Assembly: GCA_951406725.2 (NCBI GenBank)
Contig: OX597816.1
Coordinates: forward strand, 99,820,001 to 99,884,000
From: Octopus vulgaris
Taxonomy: Eukaryota
Length of the DNA: 64,000 nt
Direction of reading: 5' to 3'
Each line of letters begins with the position of its first letter. Position 1 is the stretch's first letter. Of the stretch, positions 19,038 to 33,939 are shown one piece after another. The notes under the pieces were generated by a model. That model was not told the DNA's origin. It saw nothing but the letters and a program-made list of their open reading frames with translations, and did no database searches. Both the position numbers and the translations under genes were made by a program.

Positions 19038-19980
19038 CATATATATATATGTACATATATATATATATGTACATATATATATATATATATATGTACATAT
19101 ATATATGTATATATATATGTACATATATATATGTATATATATATGTACATATATATATGTATATATATATGTACATATATATATGTACATATATATGTAC
19201 ATATATATATATGTACATATATATGTACATATATATATATGTACATATATATATATATGTACATATATATGTACATATATATGTACATATATATGTACAT
19301 ATATATATATGTACATATATATGTACATATATATATATGTACATATATATATACATATATATATGTACATATATATATATACATATATATATGTACATAT
19401 ATATATATACATATATATATGTACATATATATATATATATATATATGTACATATATATATATATGTACATATATATATATATGTATATATATATATATGT
19501 ACATATATATATGTACATATATATATATGTACATATATATATATGTACATATATATGTACATATATATGTACATATATATATATGTACATATATACATAT
19601 GTACATATATATGTACATATATATATATGTACATATATACATATGTACATATATATGTACATATATATATATATGTACATATATACATATATATGTACAT
19701 ATATACATATGTATATATATATATATGTACATATATATATATATATGTACATATGTATATGTACATATATATGTACATATATATATATATATGTACATAT
19801 GTATATGTACATATATATGTACATATATATATATGTACATATATATATCTGTACATATGTATATGTACATATATATGTACATATATATATATGTACATAT
19901 GTATATGTACGTATATATGTACATATATATATATGTACATATATATATATATATGTATGTACATATATATATATATATGT
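18824..19980. repeat. (TA)n array punctuated by TGTACA
   Basis: Direct reading; homologous to the array at 32466-33940. Confidence 0.97.
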
Positions 19981-20862
19981 AAGGTTCCACCAAGGCTCAG
20001 TCCTCAGCCCCCTCCTATTTATCATAGTACTCCAGGCAATAATGGAGGAATTCAAGACAAGATGCCCCTGGGAGCTCCTCTATACTGATGACCTTGCTCT
20101 AATTGCTGAGTCACTATCAGAACTGGAGGAGAAGTTTCAGGTGTGGAAGCAAGGATTAGAATCGAAGGGCCTTAGAGTTAATCTACCTAAAACCAAAGTC
20201 CTAATAAGTTGGAAGGTAGACAAATCACAAACGCCTTCAGGTAGATGGCCCTGCTCGATCTGTAGAAAAGGTGTAGGTAGAAACTCTATAAGATGCACCA
20301 AGTGTAAGTTATGGACACATAAGAGGTGCAGCAATGTCAAAGGAAGGTTAACTAGGAAGATGATTTTTGTATGTGGCAGATGCTCAGGAGCAATAAACAC
20401 TGAAAATGCTCTGAGACCAACTTCTGCCACATTCCAGGAAGAAAAACTAGAAATAGTTGATAGCTTCCATTACCTAGGTGACCAAGTCAGTAGTGGGGGC
20501 GGGTGTGCTGAAAGTGTAACTGCTAGAGTAACAATAGCTTGGGCAAAGTTCAGAGAGCTCTTACCTCTGCTGGTGACAAAATGCCTCTCGCTCAGAGTGA
20601 AAGGCAGACTATATGAAGCATGTCTACAAACAGCCATGCTACATGGCAGTGAAACATGGGCTGTGACTGCTGAGGATATGCGTAAGCTCACAAGAAATGA
20701 AGCCAGTATGCTCCGATGGATGTGTAATGTCAGTGTTCATACTTGACAGAATGTAAGTACCTTGAGAGAAAAGCTGGACCTAAGAAGCATCAGTTGTGGT
20801 GTGCAAGAGAGACGTTTGTGCTGGTATGGTCATGTTGCGAGAATGGATGAAGATAGTTGTGT
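19980..20862 (+). pseudogene. RTE-clade LINE RT fragment with internal PHD-like Cys/His cluster
   Basis: [67 protein letters not shown]. Confidence 0.9.
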
Positions 20863-20873
20863 ACGTACGCCGC

Positions 20874-20894
<21 letters not shown>

Positions 20895-20905
<11 letters not shown>

Positions 20906-21264
20906 CAAAATGGGACAAGAACACAAAACATCCAGATAGACGATACAAAAAACATGGATGGGTCATTCGAAGCCTTTAATCTTCAGTCAAGAACTGGATC
21001 ATCCTCGCAATTTTGGCCAGCCCCAAGGAAAAACTAAGCTAAGAGCATTAGATTCCTTGGAAAAAGGATTGAATGTATACGAAACAAGGACGGAAAAACG
21101 GATGATGTTACACGAATATAAATACAAAATTACTACAAAAAAACAATAATAATAATAACAGGACACAACAACAGGCGTCTTTCGACTGGGGATGAATTGA
21201 ATTCAGCTGTTGTGATGGGAATAAAGCCTTATGGCAGAGGAAAAGATCAATGTGACCGTGACGG

Positions 21265-21267
<3 letters not shown>
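20895..21267. mobile_element. Unclassified ~370-bp TA-flanked insert (possibly PLE-derived); repeated at ~34860-35231
   Basis: Unique sequence between two TA runs that interrupts RTE sequence; ends in the hairpin TGACCGT-G-ACGGTCA. Confidence 0.45.
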
Positions 21268-21301
<34 letters not shown>

Positions 21302-21511
21302 TATGTATATATATATATGTATGTGTATATTAGTATATATACATGTATATATTTATGCATATATATATGTATATTATAAATATGTATATATTTATGTACA
21401 TATATGTGTTTTATATATATATATATATATGTATTTATATATATGTATGTATTTTTATGTATATGTATATATATATATATATATATATTTGTATAAAATC
21501 GATAAGTTAAA

Positions 21512-22565
21512 CCTTGACACATAAGAGGTGCAGCAACATCAAGGGGGATTTACCAGGAAGATAACTTTCATGTTCATGAGATACACTGGAGCAATAAGCA
21601 GCACAGATGCTCAGAAAATAGATTCCATCACACACCAGGGGGAGAAACTAGAAGTAGTTTGTAGCTTCCGCTACCTAGGTGACCAAGTTAGTAGTGGGGG
21701 TGAATGCTCTGAGAATGTTACCACTAGAATAAGAATAGCTTGAGCAAAGTTTAGAAAGCTTCCTACCCCTACTATGAGAAAAGGCCTCTCTCTCAGAGTG
21801 AGAGGTAGATTGTACGATGCATGTGTGCGAACTGCCATGCTTCACAGCAGGGAAACATGGGCTGCAACTCTGGAGGACATGCGTAGACTCGAAAGAAATG
21901 AAGCTACCATGATCAGCTGGATGTGTAATATCAGTGTGCACACACAACAGTGTATAAATGCCCTGAGAGAAATGTTGGACATAAGAAGCATTGGATGTGG
22001 TGTGCAAGAGAGACGTTTGCACTGGTATGGTCATGTACTATTGATGGATGAGGAGAGCTGTGTAAAATAGTGCCACTCCCAAACAGTTGAAAGAATCCAA
22101 GGTAGAAGTAGACTCTGGAAGACATGAAATGAGGTGGTGAAGCATGATCTTCGAACGTTGGGTCTCACAGAGGCCATGACAAACGACTGAGACCTCTGGA
22201 GATGTGCTGTGACTGCAAAGACCCAGCAAATAATGTGAGTTATTCAAAAGTGCCTTTGATCGTAGGGCAACCTGCTGTGCTTGAGGAGACCTATTGAGCC
22301 AAGTACATCAACATCAAAATGAAAATCAAATGGAAATTGTAATTGTGATACCCGTACCGGAGGCACGTTAAAAGTACCAACCAACATGGCCATTGTCAGC
22401 CTCCTCTGGCCCCTCTAGCCTGTGGCACATAAAAATCACCCACTACATTCATGGAGTGGCTGGCGTTAGGAAGGACATCCAGCTGTAGAAACACTGCCAG
22501 ATCAGACCGGAACCGTCCAACCTATGCTAGCATGGAAAACAGACATTAAATGATGATGATGATAT
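21512..22565 (+). pseudogene. Second RTE fragment (C-terminus plus 3' UTR with (GAT)n tail)
   Basis: HKRCSNI, EVVCSFRYLGDQ, GRLYDACVRTAMLH, RRLHWYGHV; tail CCGTCCAACC...GACATTAAATGATGATG. Confidence 0.85.
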
Positions 22566-22899
22566 ACCAATGTATACGTATATATGTATATATGTGTATA
22601 TATATATATATATATATGCCTTGTAAATACCCATTCACTTCAGAAAATCTATATAAGTATCTCTGTACATTTTCTGTCATTTATTGACGGCTATTATTAG
22701 GGGAAAGTAGAAGGGTAAATTTTCATAAGGTCTTTTCTCTATGTTTTGCTTTTGACTTATGAGATTATTGATTATTGTAGAGAGGTTTTACTTTCATTAC
22801 TCCTGATTTAAGAGCATTTCCGTAGTTACAAATAGTTATATATTTATTCATTCCTTTATTTATTTTTCCATATCCACGTCAAATCCTTTTCAAGAGTTT

Positions 22900-23433
22900 G
22901 CATAACTTTACTCTCGCTTCTGCATCACACCGTCATTTCCCTTTTCTCTCTTTCTTTCTCTATTGCTTCTCTCTAAATATGTAGACACTCTCTCTCTTTC
23001 TCTCCATCTCTTTACTTCATTTCATCACACCATCTTTCTTTGTCACACTGTCACTTTCTCGTTTCCCTCTTTCTCTCACTATTTTGTCTCTCTAAAGATA
23101 TAGACACTCCTTCTCTCTTTCTCTATTCTTGACTTCATCATCCCATAATGCTTCTCTCAGACCCTCAATCTCTCTTCTCCCCATTTCTCTTTTTCTCTCT
23201 CTCTATTTCCTCTCTATAAATACATAAACACACACTCTCTCTTTCTCTTTTTCTTCACTTTTCGCCATTGCACCGTTCTTCTCTCACCCCTTCAAACTTC
23301 TTAAATATAGCATATATATGTGTATGCATACATATATGTATATAATGTATGTGTATGTAGATATATATATATATATATGTGTGTATACACACATACTTAT
23401 ATATGTATATATATATATGTGTGTGTGTGTATA

Positions 23434-23474
<41 letters not shown>

Positions 23475-23661
23475 TCTTTCTCTCTCCTCTCTATTTTTTC
23501 ACTTCTCTCCAACACACATCCTTTCTTCTCTCAGACCCTCAACCTCTATTATAATACATACTCCCTCTCTCTCTTTCTCTCTCTGTCTCTTCTCTTCTCT
23601 CCATCACACTGTCTTTCTTCTCTCAACCTCTCAGTCTTCCTAAATATATAGACACAAACAC

Positions 23662-23697
<36 letters not shown>

Positions 23698-23760
23698 TTT
23701 CTTCTATCAGCCTCTCAATATCTCTATATAGACACACTTTCTTTATTTCTTCACTACCCT
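22900..23760. repeat. Degenerate CT-rich tandem units (~120 bp); repeated at ~36880-37720
   Basis: Recurring CTCTCTAAA(T/G)AT(G/A)TAGACAC motif near 22970, 23090, 23210, 23640 and 23720. Confidence 0.55.
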
Positions 23761-24791
23761 CCATCAAACCGTTAAATTTTAAAAAAATAATAAATAAATA
23801 AATAATATATCCATAAAAATGTCCAGAGACTGGAGGAACATGGAATTGGCATTGTTTTTGAGAGCCTGGCATTGTGAATGAGATGATCCAAACAATATAA
23901 TCACAGCTGTGCTGAAGAGCAATGTTTATACAACTTTAGCACAGATGGAATGAAAGAAGCAGGGGTTTACATGCACTTTCACTCTCATACGATCCCACAC
24001 CAGCACTCTTGATGCCATCTTTAATAATAAACACAGCAAATATGAGAAGGATGGAGGCACGGATGTTGATGAAAGATGTTACCCCCCACTTGGTGGACAC
24101 TCAATAAAACAAAGAAAATTCAAGTGAGAAACATGCCCTGATAGTAAACCCAAGTACAAGTGCTCCTACCACCATCATAGGGATAAACCATGGAGGTGAA
24201 AGAGCCAAGAAAAAAGAACTAAAAAAGACAAAGACAAAAACAAAAGATGAAACAGGCAAAGAAGGAAGCAAACCTGACTGCCCATATAACAAAAAGGATA
24301 AAAAAAAAGGCAGCACATACAAATGTGCAAATCTACTTGTAAGGTGTCTTCTGGCATGGAGAGGAGGTGCAAGCTGCCATTTTGCCAAAGATCCTGCCAC
24401 ACAAACATGAAACAGGGCGGAAACCACATGCAAAAGGAAAGGACTACGCACCACCTGCCCCAAAACTGAGGTACGGAGATTCCCCTCTACCAATTCAGCG
24501 ACGATACAACCTGTAGCCAATGAATTAGTAAAGAGACTCTCTTTATTACAAAATGCAGAGCCCTTTTGAATGCATCTACAACAAACGATATATCGACAAT
24601 GGACTTAGATTAACACACAAGCAAATATTAAAAATGAATGATATATTCAAGAGATACCCAAGAATTTATTAAAAAACAGTCCCAATCACTGCTATAATCC
24701 ACAACAAATCACTTTTAGGTCACTTGACCATTTAACATCCTACTACTATCATACAACCTGCATTCCCTTATTATTCTCTCTTCTCTTTCTC

Positions 24792-24891
24792 NNNNNNNNN
24801 NNNNNNNNNNNNNNNNNNNNNNNNNNNNNNNNNNNNNNNNNNNNNNNNNNNNNNNNNNNNNNNNNNNNNNNNNNNNNNNNNNNNNNNNNNN
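24792..24891. other. Assembly gap (100 N)
   Basis: Run of N. Confidence 1.
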
Positions 24892-27800
24892 CTCTAAGTC
24901 CAGTTTGCCGTGGCTGGCCACTGATCTGAGAGAGAGTTTGTAGCTGCTGCCCTTAGGTTACCTTTCCACCTTGCAGTGGGTTCATCTGGGATCCCGGAAA
25001 GCAGCTTGTCTAGATGTTTTTTGAAAAGTCCACATCCGCATCATGTCGATCTCTTAGTTTTCTTGGCAGTTTGTTAGCTGAGGGCCCCTGAACCCCAGGC
25101 TATTACAGTATCTGCTCCTTACACTGGATGTGGAAGACGGGTCTTTGGCACCACACAGTGACGTCCTGTACGGATTGGAACAGCTCTCAATTCCAAAATT
25201 TGGTGCTAGTCCCTCCAGGATTTTCCATATGTATATCACTGCATATCTCTCTCGTCTTCGTTCCAAGGAGTACAAATTGAGTTCCCTAAAGCCTCTCCCA
25301 ATAGTTCTTTTCTTTCATGGTGGAAATCCTCTTGGTGAAATGTCTTTGGATTGTCTCAAGCTCTGTGGTTAGTTTGACACTATGCGGTGACCACAGTTGG
25401 GAGCAGTAGTCCAGGCGGCTTAGGACAAATGTCCTCCATAGTGTCAACATGGTCTCGCAGTCTCTTGTCCGGAATGTCCTCAGGATCCAGCCAGTGAGTC
25501 GTCTGCACATTGTCGCCACCTTCGCGATGTGTGAAGAAAAAGATGCATCGTCACTCATGTCTATCCCCAGGTCCCGTATTGATTTCGATACTGGGATTTC
25601 GATCCCTCCTGGACCAGTATAGTTGTGTTGTAATGTATATGTGTTTACAGCTTGATATTGTAAGGCTTGAAATTTACCAGCATTAAATTGCATGTTGTTG
25701 TCTTCAGCCCATTTGTATATGGCATCCAGATCTTGTTGTAAAAGGTAACAGCATCAGCTGGGTTTTTGATTGCCTGTGCTACCTTTGTGTCATCAGCATA
25801 GCTAGTGAGGGATGTTGTTTGTGCTACCAAGGGCATGTCAGAGAGCGCCACCAAAAACAGCAAGGGTCCCAAGACTGTGCCCTGTGGCACCCCGCTTGCT
25901 ATTGGTGTCTTTCCCGAGAGGGCTCCATTGGCTGCAACCATCTGGCTTCTGTCCTTCAGGAAGTCATGTATCCACTCACCTACTTTTCCTGTTATGCCGA
26001 GTCTGAGTAATTTGTGACATATCACTCCGTGGTCGACTTTGTCAAAAGGCCTTCGCAAAGTCGAGATATACCACATCCACCTGTGAGCGATCCAGTAGTT
26101 GTTTCAGTACCCAGTCAGTGTTGTAACAGCTGCGTAAGGCAGCTTCTTCCTGGGCGAAAGCCATGCTGTGTGTCAGTGAGACGGTTATTTCTTCGAGGAA
26201 CGTGATCAGTTTTTTTCTGATGATTCGTTCCATGACCTTACTTATGTGTGACGTCAGGGAGACTGGCCTGTAGTTTTTGGCCTCTGCTCTACTCCCTCCT
26301 TTGTGGATAGGGCATATGGTGCCTTCTTTTAGCGCCCTGGGCAGTTTACCATTAGTTTAAGGAACCACTGAAGAGCTTCTTCAGTGGTCCCGCTAGGGCA
26401 TGCCTGCATGTTTTTAGGAGGACTGTTGGAATCCATCTGGTCCAGCAGCTGAGTTTATTCTCATTTCTTTCTATGGCAGATATTACATCCCTCTCTGTTA
26501 TGTCTATGTGGTCGATGGTTGTTGTTTGGTTTTGGAGTGTTGTGGCATCAAAGAAAACTTCTGGGTTTGTGATTTGCATGTGCCCCAGAGGGGATGTGAA
26601 CACACTTTTATACTGTTCCTTTAGTATTTCACTTATCCCTTGGGGTCCTCAGTTAGAGAGCCCTTTTTATCAAAGAGTGGGCCAATCTTGCAGTGTACCG
26701 AGGTGGTTTCTTTCGCAAATTTAAAGAAGGCTTTAGGGTTTGTTTTAATATTCTCTATGGCCCTGGCTTCTCTCTCTGCCCTCTCCTTCTCATAGGAAAG
26801 TTTGAGTGCAGTTTCCGTTTCAAAAAGTTTCAGGTGGAGTCCCTCATTGTTTCTCTGCCGTGCATTCAGTTGCTTCGAGAGCTTAGCTCTTCGCCTCATA
26901 AGTATTTTCCTGTCTCTGGGAATAACGTTCCTATGCCCGCTGGCTTTTTCTCCGGGACAAACTTATGGCATATGTTCTGTATTGTTGTCATGAAATGTTG
27001 GAAATGTGTGTTGGTGTCTTGTGTGGTGATGAAGTCACTCCAGTCATGTTTTCGGATCTCTTCGTTGATCTTCTTCCAGTTTGCCTTATGGAAGTTTAGA
27101 CTGGATAGGCCTGTGGTATTTTCTAATGGCTGCGTCTCAACTAACTCTCTCTCATACCATATATCATTACCTCTACTAAGTTGTGATCTGAGAGAATTGT
27201 TGGTGTTACCATTATGTTGTGGATGAGCATCGGGTTGCTTGTGAAACAGAGGTCCAAGACATTCTCACCTCTTGTTGGCCAAAGCACTGCTTGCTCCATG
27301 AAAACTTGCGTGTGAGAGCCAACAAGGACTCTGTCTGTCTCTGTTCAAGTGATGTCATTCCAGGGAGGAGATGGCCATCTGGCCATTTGACTTTCGGAAG
27401 GTTAAAATCTCCCAGCAGTAGAATGGTGTTACCCTGGTCCAGTTTGTCCAGGACTTCTTCTATTCTTCTGAGGCTATCTTCAAACACTCCTTCATGACTA
27501 GGGGTGTCTGGTGGCCGATATGTGACACATATTACTATTTTCGGTTGTTTCATGTGTACTATCAGTGTGTCACAGACTGAGTTTGAGTGTGTCAACAGTA
27601 CTATGGGTGTGACATCTTCACGGACGTACAGGGCAACCCCACCATGAGTTCTTTCCTTCCTGTCCGACCGAAAAACAGTATACTTCGGTACGTGTATTTC
27701 TGCATCTGCTATACTGCTTGACAGGTGCGTTTCAGTCAGCGCTATGCATATTGCATGGTTGCTTGTGCTCAAGTCCCTAAGGTAAGGAATTTTACCCATA

Positions 27801-28242
27801 TTAGTGGGTTTCACCAGACCTCTGACATTCAGCAGAAGCACTGGTGAGACACCCGGGGTGTCAATAAAGGCTGACGGTGTGGCACCTGGGCCGGTGTCAG
27901 CGGTGGCCACCCTGGGTCCCTTGATTGTGGTGGTCTTGAGTGCTGTTGTGAGTGCCCCTGGCTCTGAAGACGATGTATCCAGGCCAGTTGTCCCACAATT
28001 TTCTCTGCCATTTCCACAAAATTTCTTTGTTCTGCTGCCGCCGTCTGCATTTCCTCTGCAAATGTGCGCCTTCTCCTTGTTGGGGCATTACGCACTATGT
28101 CTTCATATTTCTGGGGCAGCTTGTATTTGTTCTGGTTTTGTTAAGGCATTTTGGTCGAGTGGGTTTGATGCAATTTCCATAGGGCCTGGGATGAGCGAAC
28201 CTGCATCCTTCCCCTGTTTCTCCATGCCAGCAGGTTCCATTA
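24892..28242 (-). mobile_element. CR1/L2-group LINE copy 3 (long 5' end, 3' end cut by gap, many 1-bp indels)
   Basis: Fragmented ORFs 27212..27910, 26633..26899, 25645..26076 and 25286..25693 match copy 1. Confidence 0.93.
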
Positions 28243-28256
28243 TATATATATATATA

Positions 28257-28306
<50 letters not shown>

Positions 28307-28355
28307 TATATATATATGTACATATATATATATATGTATATATATATATATGTAC

Positions 28356-28389
<34 letters not shown>

Positions 28390-28394
28390 GTACA

Positions 28395-28783
28395 CTAGCA
28401 GTATCGCCCGGCGTTGCTCAGGTTTGTGGGAAATAACTATAAGGCATTTTTAGAGAGTTATAGCCAAAAAATAGCAGAAAATGGAAAAAAATTATGGTAA
28501 ATTTTTTGAACTAGAGTAAAAAAACCATGTGGTTATGTCCTAAGTCTAGACAGTTTGCAGTTTGTGTTTCTGATTCTCGACCCCATGTCGAATTTATCGA
28601 TTTTTTTCAGATCTGGGGGAACTTTTCAAAATTTTCGCTGCGTTAGTTTTGAATTATGACATTGGGAAGCCTATGTGTGTGTCAAGTTTCATCAGAATCG
28701 GTTGATATAGCCGTGGTCAGGTGAGGGTACAAGCAAACAGACACACAGAAACACGCACAGACAAACTGCCGTTTATATATAGA
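28395..28783 (-). mobile_element. Non-autonomous Helitron
   Basis: Minus strand begins A|TCTATATATAAACGG and ends CCTGAGCAACGCCGGG..CTGCTAG|T: 5' TC, subterminal hairpin, 3' CTAG, AT target. Confidence 0.8.
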
Positions 28784-28784
28784 T

Positions 28785-28825
<41 letters not shown>

Positions 28826-28890
28826 TATATATATATATATGTATATATATATATGTACATATATATATATGTATATATATATATATGTAC

Positions 28891-28940
<50 letters not shown>

Positions 28941-28981
28941 GTACATATATATATATATATATATACATACATATATATATA

Positions 28982-29172
<191 letters not shown>

Positions 29173-32100
29173 CTGCCCCAGAAATATGCAGACATAGTGC
29201 GTAATGCCCTAACAAGGAGAAGGCGCACATTTGCAGAGGAAATGCAGACGGCGGCAGCAGAACAAAGAAATTTTGTGGAAATGGCAGAGAAAATTGTGGG
29301 ACAACTGGCCTGGATACATCGTCTTCAGAGCCAGGGGCACTCACAACAGCACTCAAGACCACCACAATCAAGGGACCCAGGGTGGCCACCGCTGACGCCG
29401 GCCCAGGTGCCACACCGTCAGCCTTTATTGACACCCCGGGTGTCTCACCAGTGCTTCTGCTGAATGTCAGAGGTCTGGTGAAACCCACTAATATGGGTAA
29501 AATTCCTTACCTTAGGGACTTGAGCACAAGCAACCATGCAATATGCATAGCGCTGACTGAAACGCACCTGTCAAGCAGTATAGCAGATGCAGAGATACAC
29601 ATACCGAAGTATGCTGTTTTTCGGTCGGACAGGAAGGAAAGAACTCATGGTGGGGTTGCCCTGTACGTCCGTGAAGATGTCACACCCATAGTACTGTTGA
29701 CACACTCAAACTCAGTCTGTGACACACTGATAGTACACATGAAACAACCGAAAATAGTAATATGTGTCACATATCGGCCACCAGACACCCCTAGTCATGA
29801 AGGAGTGTTTGAAGATAGCCTCAGAAGAATAGAAGAAGTCCTGGACAAACTGGACCAGGGTAACACCATTCTACTGCTGGGAGATTTTAACCTTCCGAAA
29901 GTCAAATGGCCAGATGGCCATCTCCTCCCTGGAATGACATCACTTGAACAGAGACAGACAGAGTCCTTGTTGGCTCTCACACGCAAGTTTTTCATGGAGC
30001 AAGCAGTGCTTTGGCCAACAAGAGGTGAGAATGTCTTGGACCTCTGTTTCACAAGCAACCCGATGCTCATCCACAACATAATGGTAACACCAACAATTCT
30101 CTCAGATCACAACTTAGTAGAGGTAATGATATATGGTATGAGAGAGTTAGTTGAGACGCAGCCATTAGAAAATACCACAGGCCTATCCAGTCTAAACTTC
30201 CATAAGGCAAACTGGAAGAAGATCAACGAAGAGATCCGAAAACATGACTGGAGTGACTTCATCACCACACAAGACACCAACACACATTTCCAACATTTCA
30301 TGACAACAATACAGAACATATGCCATAAGTTTGTCCCGGAGAAAAAGCCAGCGGGCATAGGAACGTTATTCCCAGAGACAGGAAAATACTTATGAGGCGA
30401 AGAGCTAAGCTCTCGAAGCAACTGAATGCACGGCAGAGAAACAATGAGGGACTCCACCTGAAACTTTTTGAAACGGAAACTGCACTCAAACTTTCCTATG
30501 AGAAGGAGAGGGCAGAGAGAGAAGCCAGGGCCATAGAGAATATTAAAACAAACCCTAAAGCCTTCTTTAAATTTGCGAAAGAAACCACCTCGGTACACTG
30601 CAAGATTGGCCCACTCTTTGATAAAAAGGGCTCTCTAACTGAGGACCCCCAAGGGATAAGTGAAATACTAAAGGAACAGTATAAAAGTGTGTTCACATCC
30701 CCTCTGGGGCACATGCAAATCACAAACCCAGAAGTTCTCTTTGATGCCACAACACTCCAAAACCAAACAACAACCATCGACCACATAGACATAACAGAGA
30801 GGGATGTAATATCTGCCATAGAAGAAATGAGAATAAACTCAGCTGCTGGACCAGATGGATTCCCAGCAGTCCTCCTAAGAACATGCAGGCATGCCCTAGC
30901 GGGACCACTGAAGATACTCTTCAGTGGTTCCTTGGCTAATGGTAAACTGCCCAGGGCGCTAAAAGAAGGCACCATATACCCTATCCACAAAGGAGGGAGT
31001 AGAGCAGAGGCCAAAAACTACAGGCCAGTCTCCCTGACGTCACACATAGTAAGGTCATGGAACGAATCATCAGAAAAAAACTGATCACGTTCCTCGAAGA
31101 AACTAACCGTCTCACTGACACACAGCATGGCTTTCGCCCAGGAAGAAGCTGCCTTACGCAGCTGTTACAACACTACGACTGGGTACTGAAACAACTACTG
31201 GATCGCTCACAGGTGGATGTGGTATATCTCGACTTTGCGAAGGCCTTTGACAAAGTCGACCACGGAGTGATATGTCACAAATTACTCAGACTCGGCATAA
31301 CAGGAAAAGTAGGTGAGTGGATACATGACTTCCTGAAGGACAGAAGCCAGATGGTTGCAGCCAATGGAGCCCTCTCGGGAAAGACACCAATAGCAAGCGG
31401 GGTGCCACAGGGCACAGTCTTGGGACCCTTGCTGTTTTTGGTGGCGCTCTCTGACATGCCCTTGGTAGCACAAACAACATCCCTCACTAGCTATGCTGAT
31501 GACACAAAGGTAGCACAGGCAATCAAAAACCCAGCTGATGCTGACCTTTTACAACAAGATCTGGATGCCATATACAAATGGGCTGAAGACAACAACATGC
31601 AATTTAATGCTGGCAAATTTCAAGCCTTACAATATCAAGCTGTAAACACATATACATTACAGCACAACTATACTGGTCCAGGAGGGATCGAAATCCCAGT
31701 ATCGAAATCAATACGGGACCTGGGGATAGACATGAGTGACGATGCATCTTTTTCTTCACACATCGCGAAGGTGGCGACAATGTGCAGACGACTCACTGGC
31801 TGGATCCTGAGGACATTCCGGACAAAAGACTGCGAGACCATGTTGACACTATGGAGGACATTTGTCCTAAGCCGCCTGGACTACTGCTCCCAACTGCGGT
31901 CACCGCATAGTGTCAAACTAACCACAGAGCTTGAGACAATCCAAAGACATTTCACCAAGAGGATTTCCACCATGAAAGAAAAGAACTATTGGGAGAGGCT
32001 TAGGAACTCAATTTGTACTCCTTGGAACGAAGACGAGAGAGATATGCAGTGATATACATATGGAAAATCCTGGAGGGACTAGCACCAAATTTTGGAATTG

Positions 32101-32465
32101 AGAGCTGTTCCAATCCCCGTACAGGACGTCACTGTGTGGTGCCAAAGGTCCCGTCTTCCACATCCAGGGTAAGGAGCAGATACTGTAATAGCCTGGGGTT
32201 CAGGGCCCTCACCTTTTCAACAAACTGCCAAGAAAACTAAGAGATCTACATGATGCGGATGTGGACATTTTCAAAAACATCTAGACAAGCTGCTTTCCGG
32301 GATCCCAGATGAACCCACTGCAAGGTACGAAGGTAACCTAAGGGCAGCAGCTACAAACTCTCTCTTAGATCAGTGGCCAGCCACGGCAAACTGGACTTAG
32401 AGAGGGTAGCAACAAGGGCGGTGCCCCAGCATGGCCTCAGCCGGATGGCTGAAACAAGTAAAAGA
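29173..32465 (+). mobile_element. CR1/L2-group LINE copy 4 (same short 5' end as copy 1; frameshifts)
   Basis: ORFs 29382..30395, 30392..31084, 31057..32052 and 32013..32240; same 3' hairpin and tail; TA on both sides. Confidence 0.95.
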
Positions 32466-32479
32466 TATATATATATATA

Positions 32480-32523
<44 letters not shown>

Positions 32524-32632
32524 TATATATATATGTACATATATATATATGTACATATATATATATATGTACATATATATATACATATATATATATGTAC
32601 ATATATATATATATACATATATATATATGTAC

Positions 32633-32671
<39 letters not shown>

Positions 32672-33190
32672 CATATATATATATACATATATATATATAT
32701 GTACATATATATATATATATGTACATATATATATATACATATATATATATATATGTACATATATATATGTATATATATATATGTACATATATATATGTAT
32801 ATATATATGTACATATATATATGTACATATATATGTACATATATATATATGTACATATATATACATATATATATATATGTACATATATATGTACATATAT
32901 ATGTACATATATATGTACATATATATATATGTACATATATATATGTACATATATATGTACATATATATGTACATATATATGTACATATATATATATGTAC
33001 ATATGTACATATATATGTACATATATATATATGTACATATGTACATATATATGTACATATATATATATGTACATATATACATATGTACATATATATGTAC
33101 ATATATATATATATATGTACATATATACATATATATGTACATACATACATATGTACATATATATATATATATGTACATATATATATATAT

Positions 33191-33743
33191 GTACAACTCA
33201 GAGAAGCTACACAAAGAAAATCGTCTCAATGCAAAATGTCAGCTACTGGGAAAGACTGAAGGTATTAAACCTCTTCTCCCTGGAGCGGAGGCGGGAGAGA
33301 TATGCAGTGATATACATCTGGAAAATCCTGGAGGGTCTTGTCCCAAACTTTGGCATTCAAAGTTACTCCAACCACAGAACGGGCGCCGCTGCGTGGTGCC
33401 AAGTGATTCCAACATCACCATCAAAATACAGGTCCAGATACTGCAACAGCTTGGGTTTCAGAGGACCACAGCTCTTTAACATCCTCCCTAAATGCCTGAG
33501 AGACTTACATGGTGTGGATGTGGGTTTCTTTTAAAACTAAACTGGATCTCTTCTTGTTGGGAGTCCCAGATGAACCTACCTCACGACAGGAGACACGGAT
33601 GCGGGCAGCAGCATCGAACTCCCTTGTTGATCAAGTGCCACGTATCAGAGGTGGATTCACAAACTAGTGTAGCTCATTCAGCGGTGGTGCCCCAGCATGG
33701 CCGCGGCCTTCGGGCTAAAACATTTTTAAGGATTTAAGGATTT
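33191..33743 (+). mobile_element. 5'-truncated copy of a sister CR1/L2-group LINE family
   Basis: [38 protein letters not shown]...[14 protein letters not shown]; 3' GGTGCCCCAGCATGGCC-GCGGCCTTCGGGCT-AAAACA then (TTTAAGGA)2; absent from the homologous array at 18824-19980. Confidence 0.92.
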
Positions 33744-33939
33744 ATATATGTACATATGTATATGTACATATATATGTACATATATATATATATATGTACA
33801 TATGTATATGTACATATATATGTACATATATATATATGTACATATATATATCTGTACATATGTATATGTACATATATATGTACATATATATATATGTACA
33901 TATATATATATATATGTATGTACATATATATATATATAT

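Noticed and set aside
18824-19980. Repeat-spacer-like pattern of TGTACA units resembling a CRISPR array
   Set aside because: The spacers are only variable (TA)n, there are no cas genes, and the context is eukaryotic.
18788-20746. 652-aa apparent fusion of LINE tail, YI repeat and RTE RT
   Set aside because: Chance read-through across a microsatellite joining unrelated fragments.
20960-21000. CTGAAGA...CGAAT on the minus strand as another hammerhead
   Set aside because: No convincing stem II, and the GAAA is missing.
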